Shown: positions 28,623 through 38,230, numbered from the stretch's first letter. The stretch is DNA of 64,000 nucleotides from an uncultured Gammaproteobacteria bacterium (GCA_964637955.1 CAZWXQ010000001.1:292849-356848); one strand, 5' to 3'. Numbers and translations are program-made. Notes: generated by a model from the sequence alone, not told the origin.

Positions 28623-30866
28623 ATGTTTTGGATAGATAAAATTTCAGAAGAAATAATAAAAAGTGGAAATTATAAGCCGTACTGGGTGGACGATATGAAA
28701 ACTCCAAGCGGTTTTGCTCATGTGGGGTCTCTTATGGGTCCTGTAATTCACAGCATGGTTTATAAGAGTCTCAAGGATAAAGGACAAGAAGCTAAATTTA
28801 CTTTTATAATTAATGATTTTGATCCTGCTGATGATCTTCTTCCTGAAATTCGAGGCACACATGAAGCGGAGCTTGGAAAACCGTTAAAGCTTGCAAAGTC
28901 ACCAGATCCCAAATTTGAAAGTTTTGCAGATTTATTTGGAAATGATTTTATAACTGCAATAAAAAATCTTGGAGTGGATGCGCAAATTTTATCTTCATGG
29001 GAAATGTATCACGAGGGAAAATTTGATGACGTAATAAGACTTGCTCTCGACAATGCTGAAAAAATTCAAGATATTTATCAAAGAGTTTCGGGTAGTCAAA
29101 AAAAACAATCAGGATGGCTACCTTTTCAAGTAATTTGTGAGAATTGTGGAAAGCTAGGTACTACCAAGGTATATGCTTGGGACGGTGATAGAGTTTCATA
29201 TAAATGTGAACCTGATTTAGTTGTTTGGGCAAAAGGTTGCGGACATGAAGGAAAAATTTCTCCATTTGGTGGAACTGGAAAACTTCCTTGGAAAGTTGAC
29301 TGGCCTGCTCATTGGAAGGTGATTGGAGTGACCATAGAAGGAGCTGGAAAAGACCATGCTTCAAAAGGTGGATCTTATGATATTGCGATGACAATCTGTC
29401 GCGAGGTATTTGATTTTGATCCTCCATTCAAAATGCCATATGAGTTCATCTTAATAGGAGGTAGAAAAATGTCTTCGTCTAAAGGATTAGGCTTAAAGGC
29501 TCATGATTTGGTAGATATTCTTCCACCAGAAGTAGCAAGATTTTTATATGCAAGAAATGGAATAAAATCTCAAACGAATTTTGATCCAGACGATAAAAAT
29601 GCGATCCCTGTTCTTTTTGATGATTATCAAAAAGCAGCGGAAGCATATTTTAGTAAAACAGATGAGGATTTAGGTCGTGCGTTTGAAATTTCACAAGTTG
29701 ATGAAATAAAAAGGCCACCTTCTGTGAGGTTTAGCGTGCTTGCTCAGTGGGTCCAAATGCCAAATATGGAACAGAAGATTAAGGAGGAAGATCTTGAGCA
29801 GTGGGCTAAGTATGCAAAGGTTTGGGTGGAAAGATTTGCTCCGGAAGATATGAAATTTGAAGTTAAAAAAGAATTACCTGAAAATTTAAATTTAAATGAA
29901 AAACAAAAAGAATTTCTTATAAAACTTAATGAAAAAATTGGTTCTTATAAATCCGGAGAAGATTTTCAAATTGAAATTTATGAATTAGGAAAAGAGCTTA
30001 AGCTTGATGGAAAAGAAGCATTTCAGGCAATTTATCTAAGTCTTTTAGGAAAAGATCACGGGCCAAAAGCTGGTTGGTTAATTCTTTCTTTAGATCCAGG
30101 ATTTGTAAAAAATAGATTTGAAGAAGCTTCAAAAGAATCCATAAATTCAAATAATAAATCTACTATTATAAAATTAAATAAACCAGAAATTTTTTCAATT
30201 GATGCAAATTTAGCAGAAAAATTTCCTAGTCTTTCAGTGGGAATTGCAATAATTAAAGGTGTTTCTATAAAAGAAAAAGACGAGGAGTTGGAAAAAGAAA
30301 AAGAGGAATTATTAAAATCATTTGAGAATTTGACTACAGAAGGGTTGGGGGCATTCCCAGAAACAATGTCTTACAGGAGGCTTTATAAAGAAATGGGAGT
30401 TGATTGGCATTCAAGGCGCCCTAGTCCTGAAGCATTGCTTCGTCGTGTCGCTTTAAAAAAAGGCTTGTATTCTATAAATACAGCAGTTGATGCATATAAT
30501 CTTGTTGTAATGAAAAATAGAGTTTCAGTTGGCGCATTTGATTTAGATAAAATTGAATTTCCTACGCTTTTAAGACTAGCAAAAAATGATGAAGAAATAC
30601 ATCTTCTTGGAGATGATGATTCTACAAGATATACAGAAAAAGAAATAGCATACTTTGATAAAAATGGTGGATATAATATGGATTTTAATTTTAGAGATGC
30701 TAAGAGAACTGCTGTAGGAATGGAAACTAAAAATATTTATTTAAATGTAGATGGAATTTATGATGTTACGCCAGAAAAAGTTTTAGAAGTTTTAGAAGAA
30801 GCAGTAGAAAAAATATTAAAATATTGTGGTGGAGAAATAGTATTTCTCGGAGTAGAGAAAGCATGA
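28623..30866 (+). CDS. lysS: Class I lysyl-tRNA synthetase with a C-terminal B3/4 (PheT-editing-like) domain
   Basis: MFWID, TPSGFAHVGS, CENCG, GKLPWKVDWPAHW, GKDH, KMSSSKG, GPK; then YRRLY..MGVD...RPSPEALLRR, INTAVDAYN, GAFDLD. Confidence 0.93.
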   Translation: MFWIDKISEEIIKSGNYKPYWVDDMKTPSGFAHVGSLMGPVIHSMVYKSLKDKGQEAKFTFIINDFDPADDLLPEIRGTHEAELGKPLKLAKSPDPKFESFADLFGNDFITAIKNLGVDAQILSSWEMYHEGKFDDVIRLALDNAEKIQDIYQRVSGSQKKQSGWLPFQVICENCGKLGTTKVYAWDGDRVSYKCEPDLVVWAKGCGHEGKISPFGGTGKLPWKVDWPAHWKVIGVTIEGAGKDHASKGGSYDIAMTICREVFDFDPPFKMPYEFILIGGRKMSSSKGLGLKAHDLVDILPPEVARFLYARNGIKSQTNFDPDDKNAIPVLFDDYQKAAEAYFSKTDEDLGRAFEISQVDEIKRPPSVRFSVLAQWVQMPNMEQKIKEEDLEQWAKYAKVWVERFAPEDMKFEVKKELPENLNLNEKQKEFLIKLNEKIGSYKSGEDFQIEIYELGKELKLDGKEAFQAIYLSLLGKDHGPKAGWLILSLDPGFVKNRFEEASKESINSNNKSTIIKLNKPEIFSIDANLAEKFPSLSVGIAIIKGVSIKEKDEELEKEKEELLKSFENLTTEGLGAFPETMSYRRLYKEMGVDWHSRRPSPEALLRRVALKKGLYSINTAVDAYNLVVMKNRVSVGAFDLDKIEFPTLLRLAKNDEEIHLLGDDDSTRYTEKEIAYFDKNGGYNMDFNFRDAKRTAVGMETKNIYLNVDGIYDVTPEKVLEVLEEAVEKILKYCGGEIVFLGVEKA

Positions 30867-31429
30867 AAATAGATAAGATAGTTTTGGTAAGTGGAAATCC
30901 AGGGAAAGCTCGTGAGATTCAAAGAATTTTAGATATTCCAATTGAAACTAGAGAAATAGATCTTGAAGAAATTCAAGAGATTGATCTTGAGAAAGTAGCG
31001 CTTAATAAATTAAATCAAGCATATTCCATTGTCAAAGCTCCCGTGATGATTGATGATATTTCTCTTGAAGTTGAAGTTTGGAATAAATTTCCAGGACCTT
31101 TAATTAAATGGCTCTTGAAGGCAGGAGATGGAGACGCAAAGATTCTTCTTAAAATGCTTGGAGATGAGGAAAATAGAAATGTAAAAGCAAGGCTTGCCAT
31201 TGGATTTCATGATGGAGAAAGCCAACATGTTTTTATCGGTGAAGTTGATGGCCAAATTGCACATGATATAAAAGGAAAAAATGGATTTGGATGGGATCCA
31301 ATTTTTATTCCTAATGGTGAAAGTGAGACTTTTGCGCAGATGGATCCAGAAAAGAAAGATAGTATCTCTCACAGGGGTCGTGCACTTAAAGAATTTAGAG
31401 ATTTCCTAAAAAAGAATTACGAGGTATAA
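30863..31429 (+). CDS. rdgB: Non-canonical purine NTP pyrophosphatase (Ham1/RdgB)
   Basis: SGNPGKARE, LEEIQ, FPGPLIKW, GFGWDPIF, SHRGRAL. Confidence 0.93.
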   Translation: MKIDKIVLVSGNPGKAREIQRILDIPIETREIDLEEIQEIDLEKVALNKLNQAYSIVKAPVMIDDISLEVEVWNKFPGPLIKWLLKAGDGDAKILLKMLGDEENRNVKARLAIGFHDGESQHVFIGEVDGQIAHDIKGKNGFGWDPIFIPNGESETFAQMDPEKKDSISHRGRALKEFRDFLKKNYEV

Positions 31430-31438
31430 TACAGATTA

Positions 31439-31514
31439 GAATTTTAAATTTTAAATATTAAATATTAAATTTTCATTAAATTATAATTTAGAAAATATTA
31501 ATAAAATTAAGAAT
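31439..31514. repeat. AT-rich heptamer tandem repeats
   Basis: ATTTTAA ATTTTAA ATATTAA ATATTAA ATTTTCA. Confidence 0.55.
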
Positions 31515-32774
31515 ATGATTGATATAAAAATTATCAGAGAAAATCCGAAACTTATTGCTCAAAAATCAAAAGAAAAAAATATTGATATTGATATTGATTA
31601 CATTTTAGAAATTGATACAAAAAAAAGAGAAATTGATCAAGAAGTCCAGACAATTCGCGAAAAAAGAAATTTACATGTTTCTGGAATAAAAGGAAAACCA
31701 ACTGAAGAACAAATTAAGATTGGTGCGGAAATAAAAAATGAATTGGAGCAAAAAGAACATGCTCTAGTTGCGCTCGAAGAAGAATTAAAAGAACTTTTAT
31801 ATAAAATCCCAAATCCGGTAAAGCCTGATGTTAAGGTAGGAAAAGATGAAAGTGAGAATGAAATAATTAAAAAAGTAGGAGAACCTAGGAGGTTTGATTT
31901 TAAGGTTCGAGATCACCTAGAGCTTGGGGAAATGTTAGAGATAATCGATGTAAAAACTGCAGCAAAAATTTCAGGAGCCAGATTTTATTACCTTAAAAAT
32001 GAAGGAGCACTTCTGGAATTTGCTTTGAAGCAATATGCATTTGAAGTCCTTATGAATAATGGTTTCTCTCCAATTATTCCTCCTGTTTTAGTAAAAAAAC
32101 AGGTTTTAACAGATTTGGGATATACGCAGATGGGAGAAGATGAAAATATTTTTTCACTAGATAAAGATGATCTGTATCTTGTGGGAACAAGTGAGCAGTC
32201 AATTGTTCCAATGTATAAAGATGAGACGCTGAAAAAATCAGATCTTCCAAAAAGATATGCTGGGTTTTCTACTTGCTTTAGAAGAGAAGCAGGAAGTTAT
32301 GGAAAAGATACAAAAGGAATAATAAGAGTCCATCAGTTTGATAAAGTAGAAATGGTTTCATTTGTGGAAGAAGGTAAAGATGATGAGGAGCATGAATTTA
32401 TGCTTGGACTTGAAGAGGAAATGTTTGGAGCACTAGGAATTCCATATCAAGTTCTTAGAATTTGCTCAGGAGATCTTGGTTTTAATGCGGCAAGAAAATA
32501 TGATATAGAAGCATGGCTTCCATCTCAAGAAAAATATAGAGAGGTAACTTCTACATCAACTGTTACAGATTTCCAATCAAGAAGATTAAACATGAGGTAT
32601 CAGGATGGCGATGAAAAAAAATATTTAAATGTTTTAAATGGCACAGCTTTTTCTATGGCACGTCCGATAGTAGCAATCCTAGAAAATTATCAACAGGAAG
32701 ATGGATCTGTTTTAATTCCTGAGGTTCTACAAAAATACATGGGTGGACAAACTGTTATAAAACCTCGGAAATAA
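31515..32774 (+). CDS. serS: Seryl-tRNA synthetase
   Basis: MIDIK.IREN, GTSEQ, CFRREAGS.G.DT.GIIRVHQFDKVE, KYDIEAW, LNGTA..RP..AILEN. Confidence 0.97.
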   Translation: MIDIKIIRENPKLIAQKSKEKNIDIDIDYILEIDTKKREIDQEVQTIREKRNLHVSGIKGKPTEEQIKIGAEIKNELEQKEHALVALEEELKELLYKIPNPVKPDVKVGKDESENEIIKKVGEPRRFDFKVRDHLELGEMLEIIDVKTAAKISGARFYYLKNEGALLEFALKQYAFEVLMNNGFSPIIPPVLVKKQVLTDLGYTQMGEDENIFSLDKDDLYLVGTSEQSIVPMYKDETLKKSDLPKRYAGFSTCFRREAGSYGKDTKGIIRVHQFDKVEMVSFVEEGKDDEEHEFMLGLEEEMFGALGIPYQVLRICSGDLGFNAARKYDIEAWLPSQEKYREVTSTSTVTDFQSRRLNMRYQDGDEKKYLNVLNGTAFSMARPIVAILENYQQEDGSVLIPEVLQKYMGGQTVIKPRK

Positions 32775-32874
32775 ATTTTCAATTTTCAATTTCTAATTTT
32801 TATTGAATGTTTTAAATTCAAATTTTTAAACATTTATTATTCATTGAAAATTAATAATATTAAATTAAAAATTA
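32774..32874. repeat. AT-rich heptamer repeats forming an imperfect inverted repeat
   Basis: AATTTTC AATTTTC AATTTCT AATTTTT ... TTGAAAATT ... TTAAAAATT. Confidence 0.55.
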
Positions 32875-32920
32875 ACTCAGAGGGTTTTTTATTAGCCTCA
32901 CGTCTGCTATAATTACTTGT

Positions 32921-35725
32921 ATGTTTAGCGTCCTCGGAAAGATATTTGATTCCAATGATAAAGAAGTTAAGAAGCTTGCTCCCCTAATTTCTGAAATTAA
33001 TTCCCTTGATGAAAAAATGAGGAAATTAAAAGATGGTGATTTCCCTAAAAAAACTGAAGAACTAAAAAAAAGATTAGAAAAAGGTGATTCTATAGCAAGT
33101 GTGACTCCAGAAGCTTTTGCATTGGTCAGAGAAGCAGCTAGAAGAAGTATAGGACAGCGTCATTATGATGTTCAGCTTATGGCTGCAGCATCGCTTTCTC
33201 TTGGTAAAATTTCTGAGCAAAAAACTGGAGAAGGAAAAACTCTTTCTGCTATACCCGCGCTTTATTTGCATGCATTGACGGGTCGGGGTGTTCATTTGGT
33301 TACAGTTAATGATTATCTTGCAAGACGCGATGCTGGATGGATGGGCCCAGTGTTGAATTTACTCGGAATGACCGTATCATCCATAATTAGCGAGCAATCA
33401 TTTATGTATGATTCTAGTTATACGAATCCAGATGTTCATGATTTTAGACTTGCCCATTTGAAACCAGTTACTAGAAAAGAAGCATATCAAGCGGATATAG
33501 TTTATGGAATAAATTCTGAATTTGGATTTGATTATCTTAGAGATAATATGGCTCAGAATATTGATCAGGTTGCTCAGCGGGATTATTATTTTGCAATTGT
33601 GGACGAGGTCGATTCAGTTCTTATTGATGAAGCTAGAACGCCACATATTATTTCTCAGCCTGATGAGACTCCTACGAATAAATATTATGAGTATGCAAAA
33701 TTAGTAGATAAGCTCTCATCTGACACAGATTATAAAATCGATGAAAAACTTCATACAGCTCATCTTACAGAACATGGTCTTGGCAAGATAGAGAAGCTTT
33801 ATGGAATACAAAATATATACGAAAAAGATTTTGATACAGTTTATCATATAGAGGCCGCCCTTAAGGCCCGAACGCTTTTCAAAAAAGAGAAAGATTATAT
33901 TGTAAAAGATGGAGAAATAATTCTCGTTGATGAGTTTACAGGTAGGTTAATGGAAGGAAGGCGTTTGTCAGATGGTCTTCATCAGGCGATAGAAGCAAAA
34001 GAAGGAGTAGCTATTCAAAGAGAGTCTAAGACGATTGCAACAGTTTCACTCCAGAATTACTTTAGGATGTACGAGCATCTGGCAGGCATGACAGGAACCG
34101 CTGTGACAGAGTCTCAGGAATTCCACAAAATCTATAAGCTAGATGTAATAGTTATTCCCACAAATAAATCAGTTCAGAGAAAAGATATGTCGGATGCCAT
34201 TTATAAAACAGGAAGAGCTAAGTTTAGCGCAGTAGTTAAGGAAATTGAAGAAGCGCATAAGACAGGACAGCCTGTTCTAGTCGGTACAACTTCCATCGAA
34301 AAAAATGAAATTCTTTCCCAGCTTTTAAGAAGAAAAGGAATAAAGCACGAATTATTAAACGCTAAGAATCATGAAAGAGAAGCTGAAATTATTTCAAAAG
34401 CAGGAGTAAAAGGAGCAGTTACAGTAGCTACAAACATGGCTGGTCGCGGTGTTGATATTATACTCGGTGGTGAATCTCCAAAAAATGAAGATGGCAGTGA
34501 AGATCAGAACTCAAAAGAATGGAAAGCATGGAAAAAGAATCATGATGAAGTGCTTGAGCTTGGTGGCCTTTATGTAATAGGAACAGAAAGACATGAATCT
34601 CGAAGAATTGATAATCAGCTAAGGGGAAGATCTGGACGCCAAGGTGATCCTGGAAGATCTAGGTTTTTCGTAGCACTGGACGATGAAATTATGAGAATTT
34701 TTGGTGGAGATTCTATAGCTGGGCTTATGACAAGATTTAATATGCCTGAGGATGTGCCGCTTGAGCATCCAATTGTTTCACGAGCAATCGAGCAGGCTCA
34801 ATCAAAAGTGGAAGGTTTTAATTTCGATCATAGGAAACAGGTGGTCGAGTATGACGATGTGTTAAATAAGCAAAGACATATAATTTATTCTAAGAGACGT
34901 GAAGTTCTCGAAGGAGCTAAGGACGAAAAGGCAAATCTTAAAGATGAAATTATAAGAAATATTGAGAACTCAATTACACAGTCGGTAATGTCAGCGCAGC
35001 TTACTCCAGATGCTGAAAAATTAAACGAAAATATTGTTGCAGATTTTACTACTATTATTAAATTTGATGACGAGTCTCAAAAAGAGCTTGTAAATCAGTT
35101 AAATAATCTAAGTGGGTCAGAAGAGAAAATAAAACTTCTAAATAATATTGCAGTTAAAATGTATGAATCTCGAGAGAAGCAAATTGATCCAAAAGTCATG
35201 AGGCAGCTTGAATATTTCGTAACTCTTTCAGTTATAGATAATCTTTGGATGGATCATTTGGATGTGGTAAATAATCTTCGTGAAGGAATTGGGCTTCGAG
35301 CATATGGTCAGAAAGATCCACTTGTAGAATATAAAAATGAAGCCTTCAGACTCTTTGAAACACTTATGAATGGAATTGATGACGAAATAGTTCATAGGAT
35401 TTTTAAAATGCATGTAGCAAGTGATCATGATCATATTCATACAGATGAAATACCTGCGGGCGGTGAGATGGGTGCTGATGAAGTGTCAGAAAATAAGAAT
35501 TCGAAAAATAAAAAAATTAATGTAAATGCGCTTACATCAAGTATAAGCGTATCGAGTTCATCTTCTGGGTCTGGAGTAAGTTCTGGAATTCTTACAACAT
35601 CGACTTCTCTAGGATTAGCATCTACTTCTGGAAGCAGCGCTCCTCCGGCCAAAAAGCCAGGAAGAAATGATCCATGCTGGTGTGGTTCAGGTAAAAAATA
35701 TAAGCGCTGTCATTACCCAAATTAA
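32921..35725 (+). CDS. secA: Protein translocase subunit SecA
   Basis: KTGEGKTL, TVNDYLARRD, FGFDYLRDN, VDEVDS.LIDEARTP, ATNMAGRG.DI, RRIDNQLRGRSGRQGDPG, GRNDPCWCGSGKKYKRCH. Confidence 0.99.
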   Translation: MFSVLGKIFDSNDKEVKKLAPLISEINSLDEKMRKLKDGDFPKKTEELKKRLEKGDSIASVTPEAFALVREAARRSIGQRHYDVQLMAAASLSLGKISEQKTGEGKTLSAIPALYLHALTGRGVHLVTVNDYLARRDAGWMGPVLNLLGMTVSSIISEQSFMYDSSYTNPDVHDFRLAHLKPVTRKEAYQADIVYGINSEFGFDYLRDNMAQNIDQVAQRDYYFAIVDEVDSVLIDEARTPHIISQPDETPTNKYYEYAKLVDKLSSDTDYKIDEKLHTAHLTEHGLGKIEKLYGIQNIYEKDFDTVYHIEAALKARTLFKKEKDYIVKDGEIILVDEFTGRLMEGRRLSDGLHQAIEAKEGVAIQRESKTIATVSLQNYFRMYEHLAGMTGTAVTESQEFHKIYKLDVIVIPTNKSVQRKDMSDAIYKTGRAKFSAVVKEIEEAHKTGQPVLVGTTSIEKNEILSQLLRRKGIKHELLNAKNHEREAEIISKAGVKGAVTVATNMAGRGVDIILGGESPKNEDGSEDQNSKEWKAWKKNHDEVLELGGLYVIGTERHESRRIDNQLRGRSGRQGDPGRSRFFVALDDEIMRIFGGDSIAGLMTRFNMPEDVPLEHPIVSRAIEQAQSKVEGFNFDHRKQVVEYDDVLNKQRHIIYSKRREVLEGAKDEKANLKDEIIRNIENSITQSVMSAQLTPDAEKLNENIVADFTTIIKFDDESQKELVNQLNNLSGSEEKIKLLNNIAVKMYESREKQIDPKVMRQLEYFVTLSVIDNLWMDHLDVVNNLREGIGLRAYGQKDPLVEYKNEAFRLFETLMNGIDDEIVHRIFKMHVASDHDHIHTDEIPAGGEMGADEVSENKNSKNKKINVNALTSSISVSSSSSGSGVSSGILTTSTSLGLASTSGSSAPPAKKPGRNDPCWCGSGKKYKRCHYPN

Positions 35726-35761
35726 TCCGTCTCACATCTGTTATAGTAATATACTAAGCTT

Positions 35762-36436
35762 ATGGATGATCAAGAAGTACAGAAAAACCCAGATATAGAA
35801 GGTGAAGTTATTCCTAAGAGTTTATTGCAGAATATGTCTATATATCTCTATTCAAACTCTGACTTTGATAGAGCTTTATACTTGGAGAGGAAGGCGCGGG
35901 AGTTAGGTCTTACAAAAGATGAATTGTTTGCAAGAGTTAACCAGTTCGTTAAAGACAGAATAAGATCTAAGGAAAAGGGACCTTTGCTCCATTATCATAA
36001 AACAACTCTTGATAAATTTGCAAACATTGTTCTTTCCGGTGAGCTTCTCTCGAGGCCTATATTAAAAGAAAAATATCCAGATCAACAACTGTCTCCTTCT
36101 TCGTCAAGTGATAATGTGATGATGACGCGAGACATATATAACGCTGATGGTACGCTGAGAAAGCCTGGTCTTCTACCACACGTAGCAGCTTGGGGAGAGG
36201 TAGCATTTGTTTTTTCACCTAGTGTTATGGATTTAGAAGGATATGATGCAACTGGAATGTATCCAACCGCAAGCGAAATACCTCTAAGGGAAACATTAGA
36301 TACAGTATTGGTAAGAGATGAAGTGAAATTAGCAGGTGTTAAGCAATTACTATTGGATCATGGAATTGAAGTTCCTGTAAGAACCGAGACATGGTGGACA
36401 AATAATGTATATCCACCTCACGCTAATGAATTATAA
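35762..36436 (+). CDS. Hypothetical protein, possible ADP-ribosyltransferase-fold (DarT/DUF4433-like) domain
   Basis: LLHYHKTTLDKFANIVLSGELLSR matches the H-x-T...I...G-x-L-x-S first-strand pattern. Confidence 0.45.
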   Translation: MDDQEVQKNPDIEGEVIPKSLLQNMSIYLYSNSDFDRALYLERKARELGLTKDELFARVNQFVKDRIRSKEKGPLLHYHKTTLDKFANIVLSGELLSRPILKEKYPDQQLSPSSSSDNVMMTRDIYNADGTLRKPGLLPHVAAWGEVAFVFSPSVMDLEGYDATGMYPTASEIPLRETLDTVLVRDEVKLAGVKQLLLDHGIEVPVRTETWWTNNVYPPHANEL

Positions 36437-36474
36437 GTTAAGCAATTCTCCAAAATAATTAGTTTTTGTAGTTT

Positions 36475-36643
36475 CCTATTCGAATAGCAGTTGCCTCTTT
36501 CGCTTAAGCTTCAAAGGCCAAGCAAAAAATGTTTACCCTGAGCGAAGCCGAATGGGTCACTATCCTAACTGATTAGCTTGTCATATCAATCTAAGCGCAT
36601 GATTCAGATGCCTCACAGAAAAAAATTCTGGCCTCAAAAATTT
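36475..36643. repeat. Non-coding element copy 1, containing two inserted REP-like palindromes
   Basis: CCTATTCGAATAGCAGTT...CAATCTAA...TGCCTCACAGA...TTCTGGCCTCA; homologous to 38033-38147. Confidence 0.65.
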
Positions 36644-36734
36644 TCCTATTTTGTGATAATTTATTGTCTATTAAATTTCTTAGAAGTCTTCTTTTATAAT
36701 CACCCGTTACCTCATGGTCTGATATAATTTTTTT

Positions 36735-37496
36735 ATGGATTTATTAGAAAGAAACATCAAATCTACAGATAATCATATCTCAATTTTAACCTCAGATACG
36801 AAGCATCCAAAATTATGTATTATTGAAATACACGGCGGTATAGAAGGAGACAAATGGGATGTTGCTGAGGAGAGTAAGGATTTAGTAAATTATTGTTTGA
36901 AAAATGAAATTTTATATATTTCAGTAGATCTATCAAATAATGGAACACAAGTAAATCAATCCTTGAATGAGGTTTTATTTAGTAAAAGAGAAGAAGACTT
37001 AAATTCAGTAATTTCTTTTGTTAAGGACGAATATAAATGTCCAGTAATCTTAATTGGAACTAGTCTTGGTGGTTTAATTGCAATTAATACTGCTTCAAAA
37101 AATACAGAAAAAATAATTGGCTTAGTTATTAATTGTGGTGTAGTAAATCCTGAGGATTTAATAAAGAGAATAGTAGTGGAAGAAGATTTCAATCAATGGC
37201 ACACAAGCGATATGTTAAATGTTTTTAACATAAACCTGCCTTATTCTTTTTTTGAAGATATTAAAAATTTAAATACTCCTGATAAGATTAAATCTTTAAA
37301 TATTCCAATTTTGTGGTTTCATGGTGAAGAAGATGAGCTTGTTCCTATTGAGCAAGTAGAAGATTTATCTTTAGAAAATAAGTCAATAAAGTTAGTAAAA
37401 GTTGAAAATGGAAAACATAGATTTGGAGTAAGTATGCAGCCAGGAAAATGGGAAGAGCGATTAGAAAATTTTATTCAGATGATATTAAATTCTTAA
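36735..37496 (+). CDS. Alpha/beta hydrolase
   Basis: IHGG, nucleophile elbow GTSLGG, PILWFHGEEDELVP, GKHRF. Confidence 0.9.
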   Translation: MDLLERNIKSTDNHISILTSDTKHPKLCIIEIHGGIEGDKWDVAEESKDLVNYCLKNEILYISVDLSNNGTQVNQSLNEVLFSKREEDLNSVISFVKDEYKCPVILIGTSLGGLIAINTASKNTEKIIGLVINCGVVNPEDLIKRIVVEEDFNQWHTSDMLNVFNINLPYSFFEDIKNLNTPDKIKSLNIPILWFHGEEDELVPIEQVEDLSLENKSIKLVKVENGKHRFGVSMQPGKWEERLENFIQMILNS

Positions 37497-37953
37497 TTTT
37501 ATCTACTGTTTCTTGTATTGTTAAGTTCGAATTATCAATAATCTTAATGTCATTTAGTTTTGCTATCATATTATTTATTACTGTAGATTCATTTATTCCT
37601 ACCCTCTCATAGTCGTCATTAATGTGTCTTTGATTTAATATTTCTGGTTTAGTAATTAGAGCTATGGTTTTTATATTTTCGTTTCCATTGAATAACTTTG
37701 TCTGTTCTTCAAGATCTTCATTTCTTGCATATACAAATGAAACAAATATTTGCGAATATCCTTCTTCAATATAGTTATTTGCTAGACTTGCTATGTTTTT
37801 ATACCTTAGATGTTTTTGTAGCGATCTATCAGAAGGATTTGTAGCTAATGCAAAATCACCTTCAATATGTGCACTATTATTAGTGCTTTCAAGAAGTAGT
37901 TTGGCAGTTTTGCTTTTTCCTGTGCCAGGTGCGCCTGTAATAATAATTATCAT
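37471..37953 (-). CDS. P-loop nucleotide/small-molecule kinase (AAA_33-like)
   Basis: IIIITGAPGTGKSKTA, HIEGD, LNQR, IDNSNLTIQETV. Confidence 0.8.
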   Translation of the reverse strand: MIIIITGAPGTGKSKTAKLLLESTNNSAHIEGDFALATNPSDRSLQKHLRYKNIASLANNYIEEGYSQIFVSFVYARNEDLEEQTKLFNGNENIKTIALITKPEILNQRHINDDYERVGINESTVINNMIAKLNDIKIIDNSNLTIQETVDKIKNLISSE

Positions 37954-38032
37954 TAATGAAAGTATACAACAAAATATTGGGTCTTTAGCCTACTTGTTTA
38001 AAAAGATATTTGTTTATAAATATATGAGATAT

Positions 38033-38147
38033 CCTATTTGAATAGCAGTTCAAACGTTGCCACTTTTATAGTGATTTAAGCCGCTAAGCCAATCTAAAAG
38101 ACTAGTTTAAGTGTCTCACAGACATATTTTTCTAGCCTCATGAATTT
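38033..38147. repeat. Non-coding element copy 2
   Basis: CCTATTTGAATAGCAGTT...CAATCTAA...TGTCTCACAGA...TTCTAGCCTCA. Confidence 0.65.
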
Positions 38148-38230
38148 CTATAATTTGGTTCTCCTTCCATAACAAATCATTATATCTTTTGGATTCGTTT
38201 TAGGACTCATTTGTTTGATATAATTTATGT

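Noticed and set aside
30824-30862. Upstream start for rdgB
   Set aside because: The ATGA overlap with the lysS stop at 30863 gives a canonical N-terminus.
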